Positions 1 to 11,362 of a stretch of 64,000 nucleotides of DNA are shown here, one piece after another. The position numbers and the translations under genes are program-made. The notes below the pieces were generated by a model that had not been told where the DNA came from, ran no database searches, and saw only the letters and a list, made by a program, of their open reading frames with translations. The DNA is from Perkinsela sp. CCAP 1560/9 (lineage: Eukaryota > Protista > Euglenozoa: Kinetoplastea), in assembly GCA_965644495.1 (NCBI GenBank), contig CBFFSA010000031.1:1-64000 (forward strand). Reading direction: 5' to 3'. How positions within the stretch are numbered: the first letter of the stretch is position 1; every line of letters begins with the position of its first letter.

Positions 1-183
1 TTTTCCGAAAATAACTAGGGAAGGTTGCGGTGGTTGTAAAACTACCGCTCTACACTCGATTATTGATAAAAAAGTGAACAAAAACAGTGAAAATATAAAG
101 AGGAACACAGTAATATAATAGAAGAAAAAAATATAAAAGGGGGCTCCGGTGGTCCAAAACTGAAAATTTTTTTTGAAAAAAAT

Positions 184-258
184 GGGGGGTCCATGGGGGG
201 GGTCCATGGGGGGGGTCCAGGGGGGGGGTCCAGGGGGGGGGGTCCAGGGGGGGGGGGG
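184..258 (+). repeat. G-rich tandem repeat (G6-10TCCA)n, G-quadruplex-prone
   Basis: About 6 units of ggggggtcca; a shorter complementary version lies at 53278-53324. Confidence 0.85.
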
Positions 259-814
259 CATGGTCGAGCAAATTTTTTCGAAAAAATTAGTTTTCGAAAA
301 AAAACCGCAGAAAGGGTAGCCGGGGTCTTGGCGCGCATTTTCCACCCCCCTACCCGGGGTTGACCCCCCCGCGTATCCGCAGGACGGGTCCGCCAAGTTC
401 GGAATTTTTCGGAAAAAATTTTTTGAAAAAAATTTCAACTTGGCGAAAAAAATGACAAAAAAAATATTTTTCCAAAATCGTTTCCCCTATTGTATTTTGA
501 TAGTTTGGGACCTACACTAGCTTTCTCCGTAGTTGTTTTCGCAAGGTATCACTTCTTCGAACTGTGGTGCGCCCCCCAAAATGACCCATTTTTGACTAAA
601 AAAGGTGAAAAAGTATTTTTCGGACCTAAAGGGGCATTTTTGTGTCGAAAGAATGGTAATGGTTGGAGTCGCATTCTCTACCCAATACGTTCGGTAGGCT
701 TTCATTCATGCCTGCGAGTGATTTCCCACGCGCAAATGTCGGATTTAGTGCTCTGAGAGCAAAAATATGCGAAAATGACCCCATTTGTACCCGAAATTCG
801 GCTATTTTTGGCTA

Positions 815-983
815 TAATCTTTCCGTTTTCCAGGTTAAATTTTCTTTTTTAGGCTCTTCGTTAAACGCGGTGGTGGTTTTCAACTCGGAGAGCGTAGCAT
901 GAGTGACTTCTAAGTTGAAAACAACCACCGCGTTTAACGAAGAGCCTAAAAAAGAAAATTTAACCTGGAAAACGGAAAGATTA
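815..983. repeat. Long hairpin: 71-bp inverted arms with 27-nt loop
   Basis: 815-885 is the reverse complement of 913-983 with one mismatch. The structure is partly retained at 52575-52701. Confidence 0.9.
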
Positions 984-1019
984 ACACAATAATAGATGAC
1001 CGGTCTATTATCGTGCCCT

Positions 1020-1579
1020 TTACATCACACACTTTTCAATCTGTTTAATGTCAACTTCTTTACCCCGACTTATATGATCGGCCGAATTGTTCAACGTAGA
1101 CACATATCTCGCCTCGACACAAATCCCACGTTTCTCAGTGTCTCGTATTATTTCTTTCAATTCCTTTGACACTCCTTCTGACTTCGATGATCTCCTGTTC
1201 AACGCTGCCTTACAGGAGGTGTTATCCACGAAGATATCCAAGCACGTTCCTTTGGGGGAGTGCATAGCAAACTTTTTAATAGCTAAGCGGACCGCCATCG
1301 CTTCGGCCCGATTCACTTCATACTTAAAATTTTTCGGCCATGCCTCACCAGTAATTAATACCTCCCCAGAATCAAGGTAAATGATGGCCCCCCATCCCTT
1401 CGCAGAAGCATCCGTGTATAACTTGTGGTGGTGAGGAACGGTGTCAGGATGAGGAGGCGGGGGTCGGGGAAGATTGCATATCAATTCATTTCGCCATTCG
1501 GTAAGTGTAGAACGAGTAACTACCGGAAGATCAACTGGCTTGTCGATCAAATACGGACAGCGATTTAATAAGTTGATCC
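1020..1579 (-). pseudogene. RNase H C-terminal part of YR element 1 pol
   Basis: DIRS-type RNase H motifs LYTDASAKGWG, NRAEAMAV, FVDNTS, NSADHISR. Joins in frame to RRINL at about 2690 once the insert is removed. Confidence 0.85.
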
Positions 1580-2683
1580 AATCCAATCCAATCCAATCCA
1601 AAATACCGACAAAGTCGGCTAAAATACTTAGCACTTTCACATCAAACACTTCCATCTCTATCACCTCCAAATTCAGAGTTTTTGTGCCTCCAATACTAGA
1701 GCACACAAACCGCATAAAGTAATGGAATATAAAAACTTCCTCAAGGCATATTCTAGCACACGTACGGAGATACACAGCAAGCACTCACACTTACTTTGGT
1801 GTCCCCCTTCCACCGCCAGTTCTCGTAACTTTCTGGCGAATAACAACTCTTTCCTCTGCCTCACGTTTAGGCGCGGATGAGGCTTTCACTGCACGCTGAC
1901 TTTTCGCGTTTCGTTTTGCAAACTGCTGAGCAGTGGTTTGCGAATTTGAAGACTTTCTTCTCTTTATTTCAGGTTCGCTTACTTTCTTTCTAGATGCAGA
2001 CAATGCGAGCGAGTCTGCTGCCTCGTTCCAAGGATTTCCCGAGTGAGATTTAACTTTACACATGTATATTTGTACCCCTTGACCCTTCAACGCGCGTAAT
2101 TTATGGTCGATTTGATCCATCAAGTCTCCATTTGCAATTCCGATGTAGCCTACAACGCGAAAACGTGATCTTAAACTGTGAAAATATTGCCAAACGTAAC
2201 AAGAATCAGTATGAAAAACGCAAGAGAGTGATCCTTCTGGAATTTTCGAAATAGCCTCACGAAATGCTAATAATTCGGCCCTCTCACTTGTTCCCACCTC
2301 CAACGGAATAGAGTAGTAATCAGGGTCACCCTTAATTTTCAAGAAAACAACACCAGCACCGCTACGCACCGTTTGTGTTCCGCGCAAAACTCTCACTGAA
2401 CCATCCGTGTAGAAATGGATAGATTTAAGTTTGGGGAATGGCACGCTAGATTCTTCAATAAATTGTAGCTCTTTATAACTCTTGTTCTTGATAGCTGTGG
2501 CTTTCAATGCTTTCCATTTTTTTGTAGTAGCACGCTCGTAGTCAACCACTGGATCAAGTGAAAGTTTTAGCTTTTCGGTGAGACGAAACCAATGTTCTCG
2601 ATCTGTAGCATAAACCAAAGCCTCTTCTAAAGTTATACCCAAGTCTGAAATACATGCTTCGCTTGGAGAAGGACGTCTCCTTC
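1580..2683 (-). mobile_element. 5'-truncated non-LTR retrotransposon with RNase H and (GGATT)n tail
   Basis: 11-bp target-site duplication TAAGTTGATCC at 1569-1579 and 2684-2694. (ATCCA)n at 1576-1600 forms the 3' tail. Confidence 0.85.
1791..2642 (-). CDS. RNase HI-like domain (C-terminal fragment of a LINE ORF)
   Basis: Motifs YTDGS, RAELLA, HTDSCY, KVKSHSGNPWNEAADSLA. Confidence 0.85.
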   Translation of the reverse strand: MGITLEEALVYATDREHWFRLTEKLKLSLDPVVDYERATTKKWKALKATAIKNKSYKELQFIEESSVPFPKLKSIHFYTDGSVRVLRGTQTVRSGAGVVFLKIKGDPDYYSIPLEVGTSERAELLAFREAISKIPEGSLSCVFHTDSCYVWQYFHSLRSRFRVVGYIGIANGDLMDQIDHKLRALKGQGVQIYMCKVKSHSGNPWNEAADSLALSASRKKVSEPEIKRRKSSNSQTTAQQFAKRNAKSQRAVKASSAPKREAEERVVIRQKVTRTGGGRGTPK

Positions 2684-5047
2684 TAAGTTGATCCTACGCT
2701 GCGCGACTTTCATCGCGAAATAAAAGCGTGGCATATTGAGCCGCAAGACTGCAGATCCATACAGAAGACGCCCCACCGCCGCCTCAAGATCATCAAAAGA
2801 CAATTTATGAAATTTGTCTTTTTGCAGTTTACTGACCACTCTCGGTCCCAGGCAGACCGTATGAGTGTCGTGGTCGAAAGCCACCCCATTGAAAACATAC
2901 TTCAAAGCAGGGGGCTGTCCGGCGTCTTTAAAGAGGCCGTTTGCTTTGGAACACCGCTCGTCAATAAAGCGAGCGTATTCAACGGCATCGTTCGCTGTCC
3001 CCGAAAAACGAACTCCGTCGACGTAAACGTCAGTGGCACCTCTGTGAAACGAGAAACGCTCCTGACACACCGACCTCTCGCCGGCAATTGCGGCGGTAAC
3101 AGTGTGCATGATTTCTGGTGCGCAGCGATGACCCATGGGAAGAACGTTCATCTCGAAAACTTCGCTCAATGTCGATCGAAATCTAAACTTGGGCCGTGCC
3201 TTCAAGGGAATACTAATTTGGTAAAAACCACAAGTGAAGTCGCGCTTCACTGCCATAGCATCATGTGCTTTGTGTAGATATTTGGATGGGTGATACAGCG
3301 CAACTTCCGGTTCATAATTTAAAAGCCTGTTGTTGTCATCTCGTGTCCAGGATATAAACCTGCGGCGTTGATTACCTTCATCGTCGGTTTCAACCACTGT
3401 AAAGGGGATCATATATTGCATGGATGGTCTTTTGAGTAGGTCCTTCCCCGAAACCTTGCTTATAACGCCGGCGCCCTCAAGTAGACGTATTTCTTCCTCG
3501 GGCAAAGAACCACGTACCGAAGGCTCGGGGTACGGGCCTGTAGGAACCCATAAAAGTTCATTTAGTACCTTGCGAAAACGTGTGGCTGCCGCAGGATTTA
3601 ACCATTCCTTCACTTTGTCCAATTTAATCACCGGGATTGACTTTTTCACATGGAGGGGTAGACTCATATCCTTCGGTCTAGCGAGCCGCGAGCTACGGCG
3701 GGCACATATAACGGAGTGCCTACGGAGATAGGGGACTTCGTGAAAACACTTTGTAACATGAGAGGTTGTTAAAGTACCGGAAGGAGTGCAGACACTCGTT
3801 GTGTCCCGAGGGCCCGTGCCGTTGTAACGCTGTTTGCATTGTATCTGAGCAGTGATTCTATGTTCTGGTGTTTTGTTAGGTTTTGAACCTCCTGCATGCG
3901 CAAATTTCCGAGAGAGATTTCGTGAAACAGATGAGTGATTGCCCCCCTTTTGATAGAGTGCGTCCCGTACCCCTGACCGAGTATTGATCGTATTTGATGG
4001 TCCATCTCGCGGACTGTCGTGTAACAGAGTCGTTGCCCGGGGTTCATGGTTTGGATATGCTGCGCGAGTTCTGGCGTTCCTGGCCCAGTTACAATGGCGT
4101 AAAGGTGTGGTCGAAAAGGGTTTAGGCGTGTGGTCTTTGTGCCCCTCCCCCAATAAATTATCACTTCGCAGCTTGTTACACTCACGAACTGTTCTCTTCT
4201 TAAATCCGCGGTCTCGGTCCAACGCGCCGCTGCCTTCCAGCATAGGAGGCAACACATGCTCTCCTTCGGATTCAAGTGTCGGCGTAGCTTTTGTAGAAGA
4301 ATGGGGTTGACGGGCTGCATTTGGCGCGTGGGCTCTAGCCCCCCCTGTGCTTGCAGGGCCTTTATATATAGTTTTAAGGGAGTCGACTCTTCCCCCATTA
4401 ACTGAAATAAAGTTCGCAAGCCTCCTGCGTAACCCATTCTCGTCGAGCTGGCTAGAGGCAGCGAATGTAGGAAGAGAACCGCGTTTGTGGAATTTGAAGG
4501 AACACCCTTTGCCGCGCAGTACTGCTGCATACGTAGCCAAATTCGCTCCCTGTTGGCCCATGTGGTCGTGGCCCACATCGGTTCGAGAGCGTCGCTCAGT
4601 TGTAGTGTGCGTGGGTCGTTCGGAGGAAGGCGAAGGATGGCTTGGAGAATGGCGTTGCGGTCTGCGGCGGGTTTTTCTCCTGCGGACTGGTTTAGTGCGC
4701 GTATGGGAAGGGACCGACTTCGCGGAGGACGAGTGGAAACAACATGAGGAAGGGGAGGATTGGAAGAAAGAGGGGGTCGAGGACGCCTCACCGGAGAGTC
4801 TCGTCGGGGTAAGCGCGTTTGTAAGGTTGGAGCGGTAGGAGCCCTTTGCCGCCTGAGGCAAGGGGCACGAGTAATAGGGGTGGGGGGCATTCCCTAGTGG
4901 GAACCCCGTGTTGCGCCGGCGTAACGGACGGCGCCGCCCGCCACCCCTCCGCGAAAATCCTGATTCGTCGGATGGGAGGGACGAAACTGGTGCTGGGCCT
5001 GAGCCATCTGCGGGCAGTCCGCACGAATTTGGCCCGGCTGGTGACAC
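2684..5047 (-). pseudogene. DIRS/TATE-type reverse transcriptase of YR element 1 (interrupted)
   Basis: KRDFTCGFYQI, FEMNVLPMGHRCAP, YVDG. The N-terminal part overlaps the YR ORF in another frame. Confidence 0.85.
3769..4890 (-). CDS. Tyrosine recombinase of YR element 1
   Basis: AARWTE (R), HSIKRG (HxxR), TKH and LLRY catalytic residues. Confidence 0.85.
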   Translation of the reverse strand: MPPTPITRAPCLRRQRAPTAPTLQTRLPRRDSPVRRPRPPLSSNPPLPHVVSTRPPRSRSLPIRALNQSAGEKPAADRNAILQAILRLPPNDPRTLQLSDALEPMWATTTWANRERIWLRMQQYCAAKGVPSNSTNAVLFLHSLPLASSTRMGYAGGLRTLFQLMGEESTPLKLYIKALQAQGGLEPTRQMQPVNPILLQKLRRHLNPKESMCCLLCWKAAARWTETADLRREQFVSVTSCEVIIYWGRGTKTTRLNPFRPHLYAIVTGPGTPELAQHIQTMNPGQRLCYTTVREMDHQIRSILGQGYGTHSIKRGAITHLFHEISLGNLRMQEVQNLTKHQNIESLLRYNANSVTTARALGTQRVSALLPVL

Positions 5048-8000
5048 GAGAAGCAGAAAGGCCGACGACGGGAGGATCGAACTTGGGGACGACCTCGGAG
5101 TCGTTCGTCGAGAACGAGTTGCCCATAACGATCCTTCGGATCATCATCACGATGCAGTCGCTGTTGCACGCGTTCGACAGCAACACCCGCAGCGGCCCAG
5201 TAGAGATTGCGGAGTTCCTCGATTATGAGTTCTGCCACAGCAAGGTTATGTTTCTCCATCCAACCCTCCGTCAGGCGAGCAGCGTAGATCCATTCGATAA
5301 GGATGTTGAATAAACGGTCCCGCTGCGGTGGCGGGTTGAATCGAACCCCTAGCTGCGGCGCCTCCCGCAGCTCACGGATGAGGTCTCGGGGCTTGAACAA
5401 ATCCTCCGTGTCGATCCACGGTTGCCACGTAACCGGGTCGTAGGGGGAGAAGCTTTTGGGGTCTGTAATACGTACTCGTTCAAAGGACGGGATTAAAGAT
5501 TCCACCGGCTGCCCTCCAGGCATCTTTGCCCGAACACGGACGACCGTCAAATCGTGATACGTAATGTCGGGATGGGGAAAGCGGTATGCCGTATTGACAT
5601 CACCATCCCACTCAGCGACCAATTCTAAGGACACTGGGTCATTTTGGTGCTTCATGTAAACGTCGCCTATGACTGTCTGTCGAATGTCATCACCTGGTCG
5701 AGACCACACTGCCTCGACAGTGACCTGGTATTCTTTGCGAAGAAGATTAATTATCTTGGTTACAAATTCTTCCTTAGCAGTCTGAGTCAATATTCCACGC
5801 GCATTTTGGTTGGATCGAATAGCACGGTCTACATGGTCGAGATTAAGGTCTTCATAACGCTGAGGGGAGCGGGAAGGCTCAACTTGGTCAGGGTTGAGCG
5901 TGCTCTGCCGCCGTGGGGGAACATCTCCCGAGTTCTGGGGGGCCGTTAGGGGGTCAGGGTAAGGGCTGGGGTAAGGAGAAGGGTGTACTGTGCGTCGGTT
6001 TCGGCCAGAATAGCGCAGCGAAGGAACCGCGAAAGAGTCTACTGGCGAAGCTGGATCAGGACGAGGTGGTCGCCCAGCTGGACAAGACAAGGAACGGCGT
6101 TTGTCGGGGTCCAAAGGGGAGAGAGGACGTGTTCGCTTAGGGCTGCGGTCTCGCTCATGTCCTGGGTTCGCCGGCACGCGAAGTCGCTGGGAACGCATAA
6201 ACAAAGCTGCTGAACAAATGTTCAGCAAAGTCTTACAACCTGGACATAGGATCGTTGCTGGGATTCTTGGGTGAGGAATTCCAAGTCGTACCATAACTGG
6301 TATTTCAAAGGCATGTGAGGGAACGAAGCGGACCTCCGATTTAAGCCAATCATAATTCCCCTTTCGGGTTGTTACCCTTAAAATATTAGAATACTCCGGA
6401 TCTTGTTTTAACCTCGCAACCACTTTTTCGTGAAGTACCGCTGCCGTCGTAACTTCATCCATAGGTGGCAAAGCTGAATTCTCTTCTTCTCCAGTGTAAG
6501 GGACGTTTTGGTTTGGCAACCGAGCCCGAGCAGTAGAAGAGTTTATTCGCTCAAGAGCTTGGTAGCGTGATGCTAAATATGCCGCTTCACGAACCTTTGA
6601 ACAAGACGTCACACCTAGACCTCCTTTTTTCAGGGGCAGCCGGGCCATCTCCACCTGCTTTTCCGTCAGTGGACCGAGCCACTTCTTCAATACGCTCTCG
6701 ACATTGTCATTGAATTTGGTGGAGGCCTCCTTTGTCACAGATGGCGGATGGACGCGCATGGCGTATTGTTGCTTAACATTGATACACTGCGAAAGAAGTA
6801 TCAATGCAACATTGCTTAATCCCATTGCTTTTAATCTCTGGAAGCTTGTATCTTGTTTATCCACTGCTTCCATTAATCTTTTCTTGATCTGATTCTCTTT
6901 GCCGATGTGTGCCCCCAATACTTTGACCGCTTCTTCCTCATTGCGCACACCCTGTACCTTCAGGCTTGGTGGGATTGGCTGAGCCGACCCCTCCCCAAAC
7001 CATATACACTTCTTTGTTGCTAGCGTGAGCGAGTATTGAACCATCAACTCTTGGAGTCTCTGAAACGCTTTTTCGATTTGAGCACTTTTTAGGGAGGACA
7101 TGGTAACGTCATCGATGAAAGCGTGAAACTCCACTTCGGGAAATTCCATCGACAGTGTTTCCAGCATGGGTTGAAAAAAGGCGCAATAATACATGGAAGC
7201 CAATGGTGAACCCTGCCGCAGACCTGATGTGCTTAGGACTGTTCCGACCAATTTTCCTTCTGAACCATAATACAGCAATTCAGAGGCCCCCGAGTATTCG
7301 ACCTCGAAGAATCGCTGGAAAGGGCGGAGTGCTCTGAAGGCTAAAACGTGCTTTGCTATATCCATTCTGCTCGGCGAGTTAAAGGCATTTTTAACGTCTA
7401 CGGATAGAATGGAATATCCATTGCTGTGGCGATTCCGAAGTTGGTGCACTATTTTCTCACATCCCGCTTTTGAGAAAACGCCCTGTTGCATGGGTGCAAA
7501 TAACGGAGCCAGCGTATGCTCATACCTTTGCATTAGGACTATGCCGGCCAATTTATTGAGCACCTCACCCATTGCGACTGGGCGAACCCCTCCACAACTT
7601 TTGGGAATGGCAACCAGCCTAGCGCGGTTGATGCGACGAATCACGTCCTTGCCCAGGAAACCGTTGATGAGATCACATGTCATGTGACACAAATTGATGC
7701 AGCAAAGTTCATCATCAAGCAGCAGCCGTACAATGCTATCCGTCATCCCTGTTGGACCCGGATTGGCCCCTTTCGCCAGGCGCTTTCCAGCAGCACGGAG
7801 TTCTTCCATTTCAATCCCAGACATTATTGGCGCGTCTGCTGGGATTCTGAAGTCGCATTCTTTTTGAGGATGCAATTCTGACAACTTGTCCAAGGTTTCC
7901 TCATCCGGAAGATTACTTGGCGTGAAGGCTTGATCTAATACTCTGGCTGCTTTTGACGCGCACCCTTCAGTAACCAACCGCGTTGCTCTTTTGATAGCTC

Positions 8001-8559
8001 TCCGGTCATTCAAGGCGGCCTGATCTTCCTTGTCATCGTTATTTTTAGGATATGGTCTTTGTCTCCTACTCCTCCCACTGGCGCGGCGTACTCCTGCAAG
8101 CGACAGCTTCATCACCGACAGCAGTCGATGCCAAATAATATTCCTCTGCTGGTGATCGGCACTGATGTAATCCTTTACAATTTCACGAAAAGTTGCGATG
8201 ACGCATGGAATAAGGTCAGGACTGATATTCCGAACGGTGGGTATTGGTAAGAGATCAACTCCCTCCCCCTGTACGTTGTCTGGGGTCAGTGTGATCAGAT
8301 GATTCTCGATAGTACTATCACGTAACACGGTAACATCAATCGGAGGTGGCGCTTGATGCCAGATAATGCGGAAGATTCTCACGTTTTCTTGGGGCGGCAG
8401 AGATCCTGTGTATTCCTGTTCTTCTTTGTACCCTGAGATCCCCGTGTATTGCATTGAGAGTTTCCCCATCCCTCCACGCTTGTTATGCGTTCGCACTACC
8501 TTACCGCACGCCATATTGATCTTTTCCTGATTTGCAAAAGCCCACACTATCGAACACAA
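4894..8559 (-). CDS. Chimeric ORF: CRE-B reverse transcriptase fused in frame to YR-element gag-like protein
   Basis: RT motifs VDVKNAFN, GLRQGSPL and FIDD, up to CPGCKTLLN. It then switches at about 6212 to the gag homologue of 26944-27987. Confidence 0.75.
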   Translation of the reverse strand: MCSIVWAFANQEKINMACGKVVRTHNKRGGMGKLSMQYTGISGYKEEQEYTGSLPPQENVRIFRIIWHQAPPPIDVTVLRDSTIENHLITLTPDNVQGEGVDLLPIPTVRNISPDLIPCVIATFREIVKDYISADHQQRNIIWHRLLSVMKLSLAGVRRASGRSRRQRPYPKNNDDKEDQAALNDRRAIKRATRLVTEGCASKAARVLDQAFTPSNLPDEETLDKLSELHPQKECDFRIPADAPIMSGIEMEELRAAGKRLAKGANPGPTGMTDSIVRLLLDDELCCINLCHMTCDLINGFLGKDVIRRINRARLVAIPKSCGGVRPVAMGEVLNKLAGIVLMQRYEHTLAPLFAPMQQGVFSKAGCEKIVHQLRNRHSNGYSILSVDVKNAFNSPSRMDIAKHVLAFRALRPFQRFFEVEYSGASELLYYGSEGKLVGTVLSTSGLRQGSPLASMYYCAFFQPMLETLSMEFPEVEFHAFIDDVTMSSLKSAQIEKAFQRLQELMVQYSLTLATKKCIWFGEGSAQPIPPSLKVQGVRNEEEAVKVLGAHIGKENQIKKRLMEAVDKQDTSFQRLKAMGLSNVALILLSQCINVKQQYAMRVHPPSVTKEASTKFNDNVESVLKKWLGPLTEKQVEMARLPLKKGGLGVTSCSKVREAAYLASRYQALERINSSTARARLPNQNVPYTGEEENSALPPMDEVTTAAVLHEKVVARLKQDPEYSNILRVTTRKGNYDWLKSEVRFVPSHAFEIPVMVRLGIPHPRIPATILCPGCKTLLNICSAALFMRSQRLRVPANPGHERDRSPKRTRPLSPLDPDKRRSLSCPAGRPPRPDPASPVDSFAVPSLRYSGRNRRTVHPSPYPSPYPDPLTAPQNSGDVPPRRQSTLNPDQVEPSRSPQRYEDLNLDHVDRAIRSNQNARGILTQTAKEEFVTKIINLLRKEYQVTVEAVWSRPGDDIRQTVIGDVYMKHQNDPVSLELVAEWDGDVNTAYRFPHPDITYHDLTVVRVRAKMPGGQPVESLIPSFERVRITDPKSFSPYDPVTWQPWIDTEDLFKPRDLIRELREAPQLGVRFNPPPQRDRLFNILIEWIYAARLTEGWMEKHNLAVAELIIEELRNLYWAAAGVAVERVQQRLHRDDDPKDRYGQLVLDERLRGRPQVRSSRRRPFCFSCHQPGQIRADCPQMAQAQHQFRPSHPTNQDFRGGVAGGAVRYAGATRGSH

Positions 8560-9748
8560 AGTTCCTGCCTTTATTTGCTTGGATTGTCTCCAGATTTCGT
8601 CAGGTGGTATGGGGAATTATGTTTTGACGTCAATGTTCTGCATAATCTCAAAGACTTCTGAGCTTCCGTCCGGGTGTTCGTCTTTAATAAAGCTGATCGG
8701 ATGGACAGCACCTTCCCGTTGTGGTTTATCTCCCTGAGGCGAGTCGCAATCCTGGAACTCACGCGCTGAGTGATCCTCCAAACCTTCAGATGCGGCTGCT
8801 ATTTCCTCGTTCCTGACAGGTGGCTCAAGTGATTGACCGGATTCCTTGCTCGTGTCCGGAGGTTGTGCGTCACCTGCTGCATTGAAAACTGCATCTGACA
8901 TGGCGTTTGATGCCGCTTTTAAGGCGCCAGCTGCGACGGCACAAGTTTTTTTAATACGAATGCGCCATTTTCCCGTGTCGTTCGGTTCTCCAATCGGGGC
9001 CGCGGGAGAACATGACGCCGCTTTAGCTGGAGATGCTAGCAATTCGACTGGATACGACATCCGTAAGGGGAGTGGCGAGGGAAGCTTCAAGGGTTGAGAC
9101 GCAATTGGAGGTCGCAATGTTTCAATGTTTGTTCGCTGTGAAGGGAGATGAGATGCTGGAGGCGGAGTTTTTGTTGATGCCTGCGGTGATGGTTCTGCCT
9201 TCCATGTCTCTAAGTTCAAGGCTCTCATGCGTGCTCTTCGTGATGAGGTGTGCATGCTCGGCCTTGACAACGGCGGAGGCCCAACGAGCGACACGGAGGG
9301 AGGCGGAATCGGCGCGACGGGGGCCGTATCGGAGGTCAGAAGAGGCGGCGCCGCACACATCACGACGGGCAGCTCGGCAGAGCGCGGAGATGACAGCATA
9401 TCGGGCGGCGCAGTGGTCACCACAGTGGGCGGAGAAGCGATGGGATGATCGACGATCACCGCGGGAGCGACAGGCACATCGGGCGGAAGAGGAAACGCAG
9501 CAGACGTTGCAGACGACGCGGCGGGAAGAGACGTCGCGGCGGGAGATGGCGGCGCAGCAGACGGCGCAGGGGAAAGAGATGGCGGCGCAGCAGACAGCGC
9601 AGGAGAAAGAGATGGCGGCGCAGCAGACGGCGCAGAGGGAGATGGCGGCGCAGCACACTGCGTATTCTGAGAATGCTTTTTCCGCCGGGTGGGGGGGAGG
9701 GGCAAAATAACCGGTGCTACACCAGCCTCTTTCGCTTTGGCGCGCGTG
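6213..9748 (-). mobile_element. CRE/SLACS-clade non-LTR element, subfamily B (endonuclease lost; nonsense codon at 8617)
   Basis: ORFs 8617-9748 and 4894-8559 share a frame, separated by TAA (KT*FPIP versus KTQFPIP in the paralogue). Pro-rich N-terminus TRAKAKEAGVAPV. Confidence 0.85.
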
Positions 9749-9749
9749 T

Positions 9750-11362
9750 CAAGGGCCAGTGGAAAATTTGGAGTATCCCGATGACCAGCTTCTGACGCCC
9801 TTTGCGAATGCCAGTCGTCCGCCGGAACTGCACCACGAATCCAATCAAACGAATCCGAATCCAAGCGACCGCGAAGCTCCCGAGACGCCAAGCGTTGAAG
9901 TTGTCTTTCATGAATGTGACTCAACTCCGCATGAGAATCGCGACGATCTGTTGCCTCCGAATCCAATTGACATCAACCAAGAGCTTTTCGCAGCGAATGA
10001 ACAGGAGCACCCGTTTTGTTCCATAAACCCCACCGTACAGTTCCCTATGACGCATGAAGACATATCTGCATGCATCAAACATGCGAAAGCGGGTGACAAG
10101 TGTACAGTTGCTTGGACGTTCGATTGCCAAGGAACCATTAACGTCTCGAGAGGAGCAGTCACAACGGTCAATCGCAGAGGGGGAAAAACGAAAATCTCAG
10201 TGGACTACAAGGGGGTTCGGGGCCACCAAGCGAGCCTTGATTTCAAGGGATTTCTTCCCCCTCAATCGAATGTTCGTTATTTTTTTGAGTGCAACACTCC
10301 AGCACTGCCGCATTTGCCAACGCGTGAAGTACGAACCTCGTTTTTTTTTTTGCTCCAATCGTCCAATTAAATTGTCATGCAGTTTTTACATGAAAATAAG
10401 CATGCAGGTCACTCACCCTAGTTGTTTAGTACCTTGTTATGTTTGGTACCGGGCAGTGCCGTAGTTCGATCAAAAAATATTTTTTTTTTTTTTTTAATAT
10501 CCTAAAAGAATATGACATATTTTTTTTTTTGATAACCTAATATATGATCCCATACCCCGCGCAGCAGGGAGCTGAGCGTCAAAGAAAAAAAAAACCTGTG
10601 TGGCAGTCACCCTAGTTGTGTAGTACCTTGTTATATTCGGTACCGGATGGTGCCACAATCAAATCGAAACCGGACAGCAATAAAAGAATCTACAATGTGA
10701 AATGTAGAATAAGAAAACATGAAAATAAGCATGCAGGTCACTCACCCTAGTTGTTTAGTACCTTGTTATGTTTGGTACCAGGTGGTGATAGAATCCATTT
10801 CATAAGACAGCAGGAAAAAACAGCAGGAAAAACGAACAAGATCTGGCGTGCAATTCAAGGCGTGCATAATATCTGGCGTGCAATATCTGGCGTGCAGTAT
10901 CTGGCGTGCATAATATCAACAACAGAATGTACTATTTTTGAAGCTTTGACTTGAAGCAAAAGCTAATCATAGTCGTAGTTGTTCGGGTCTACAGAATAAG
11001 ATGGGACGCAGAACGTCCACACACTCAACAAAGCCATCCGCAGAATGAAAGCAACATTGCCACAAAACATACAGAGGATGATCTTGATCAAATGCCCATG
11101 CCAACTCTTCGGACCATAAGCTCTGAATTTGCTCCCTGCGTAGTCGCAGTCTACAGAGACATCATGCGATCATACGCCGATTGCTCGTGCTCAAAGAGAA
11201 ATGAAATTTGGAACCAGGTTCTATCCGCAATGAAATTTTCGCTTGCTTCCGTTCGTGCTGCAACAAACCGTCGCCGACGCAAACGTCGCCCAATAAGCTA
11301 CAACCGAGAGGCCGAAACAGAAAATCAGCCTTCTAAGTCGGATTTAGCGGACAAACGGGCTG
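9750..11362 (+). pseudogene. Inverted internal fragment of a CRE-B ORF, split by a 700-bp insert
   Basis: VFHECDS...CTVAWTFD...FKGFLPPQSNVR (to 10276) resumes as RVYRIRW...HTEDDLDQMPMP (from 10981). Homologous to the 53629-62738 element. Confidence 0.8.
10277..10979. mobile_element. Unclassified non-coding insertion with internal repeats
   Basis: Flanked by duplicated TGTTCG (10271-10276, 10980-10985). Contains a 62-bp repeat at about 10388 and 10718, a partial copy at about 10605, and CTGGCGTGCA-like units at 10841-10910. Confidence 0.5.

Larger units (their letters stand above)
15..983 (-). mobile_element. Non-autonomous Helitron/Helentron-like element, copy 1
   Basis: The minus-strand 3' end reads hairpin GCGGTAGTTTTACAACCACCGC, 8 nt, then CTAG|T (15-18). 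An 11-bp subterminal inverted repeat GCGGTGGTTGT lies at 27-37 and 921-931. There is no coding capacity, and a near-identical inverted copy lies at 52575-53483. The 5' boundary is uncertain (A|TC at 980). Confidence 0.55.
1020..6212 (-). mobile_element. TATE/Ngaro-like YR retrotransposon 1 (termini lost; interrupted by a LINE)
   Basis: Order is gag-like (ATG about 6198, knuckle CFSCHQPGQIRADC), YR, overlapping RT, RNase H. Homologous to the elements at 23222-28136 and 56364-61336. Confidence 0.85.

Noticed and set aside
50-902. Short ORFs in the terminal element (and 52635-53486)
   Set aside because: These are low-complexity translations of a non-coding repeat, and their frames differ between the two copies.
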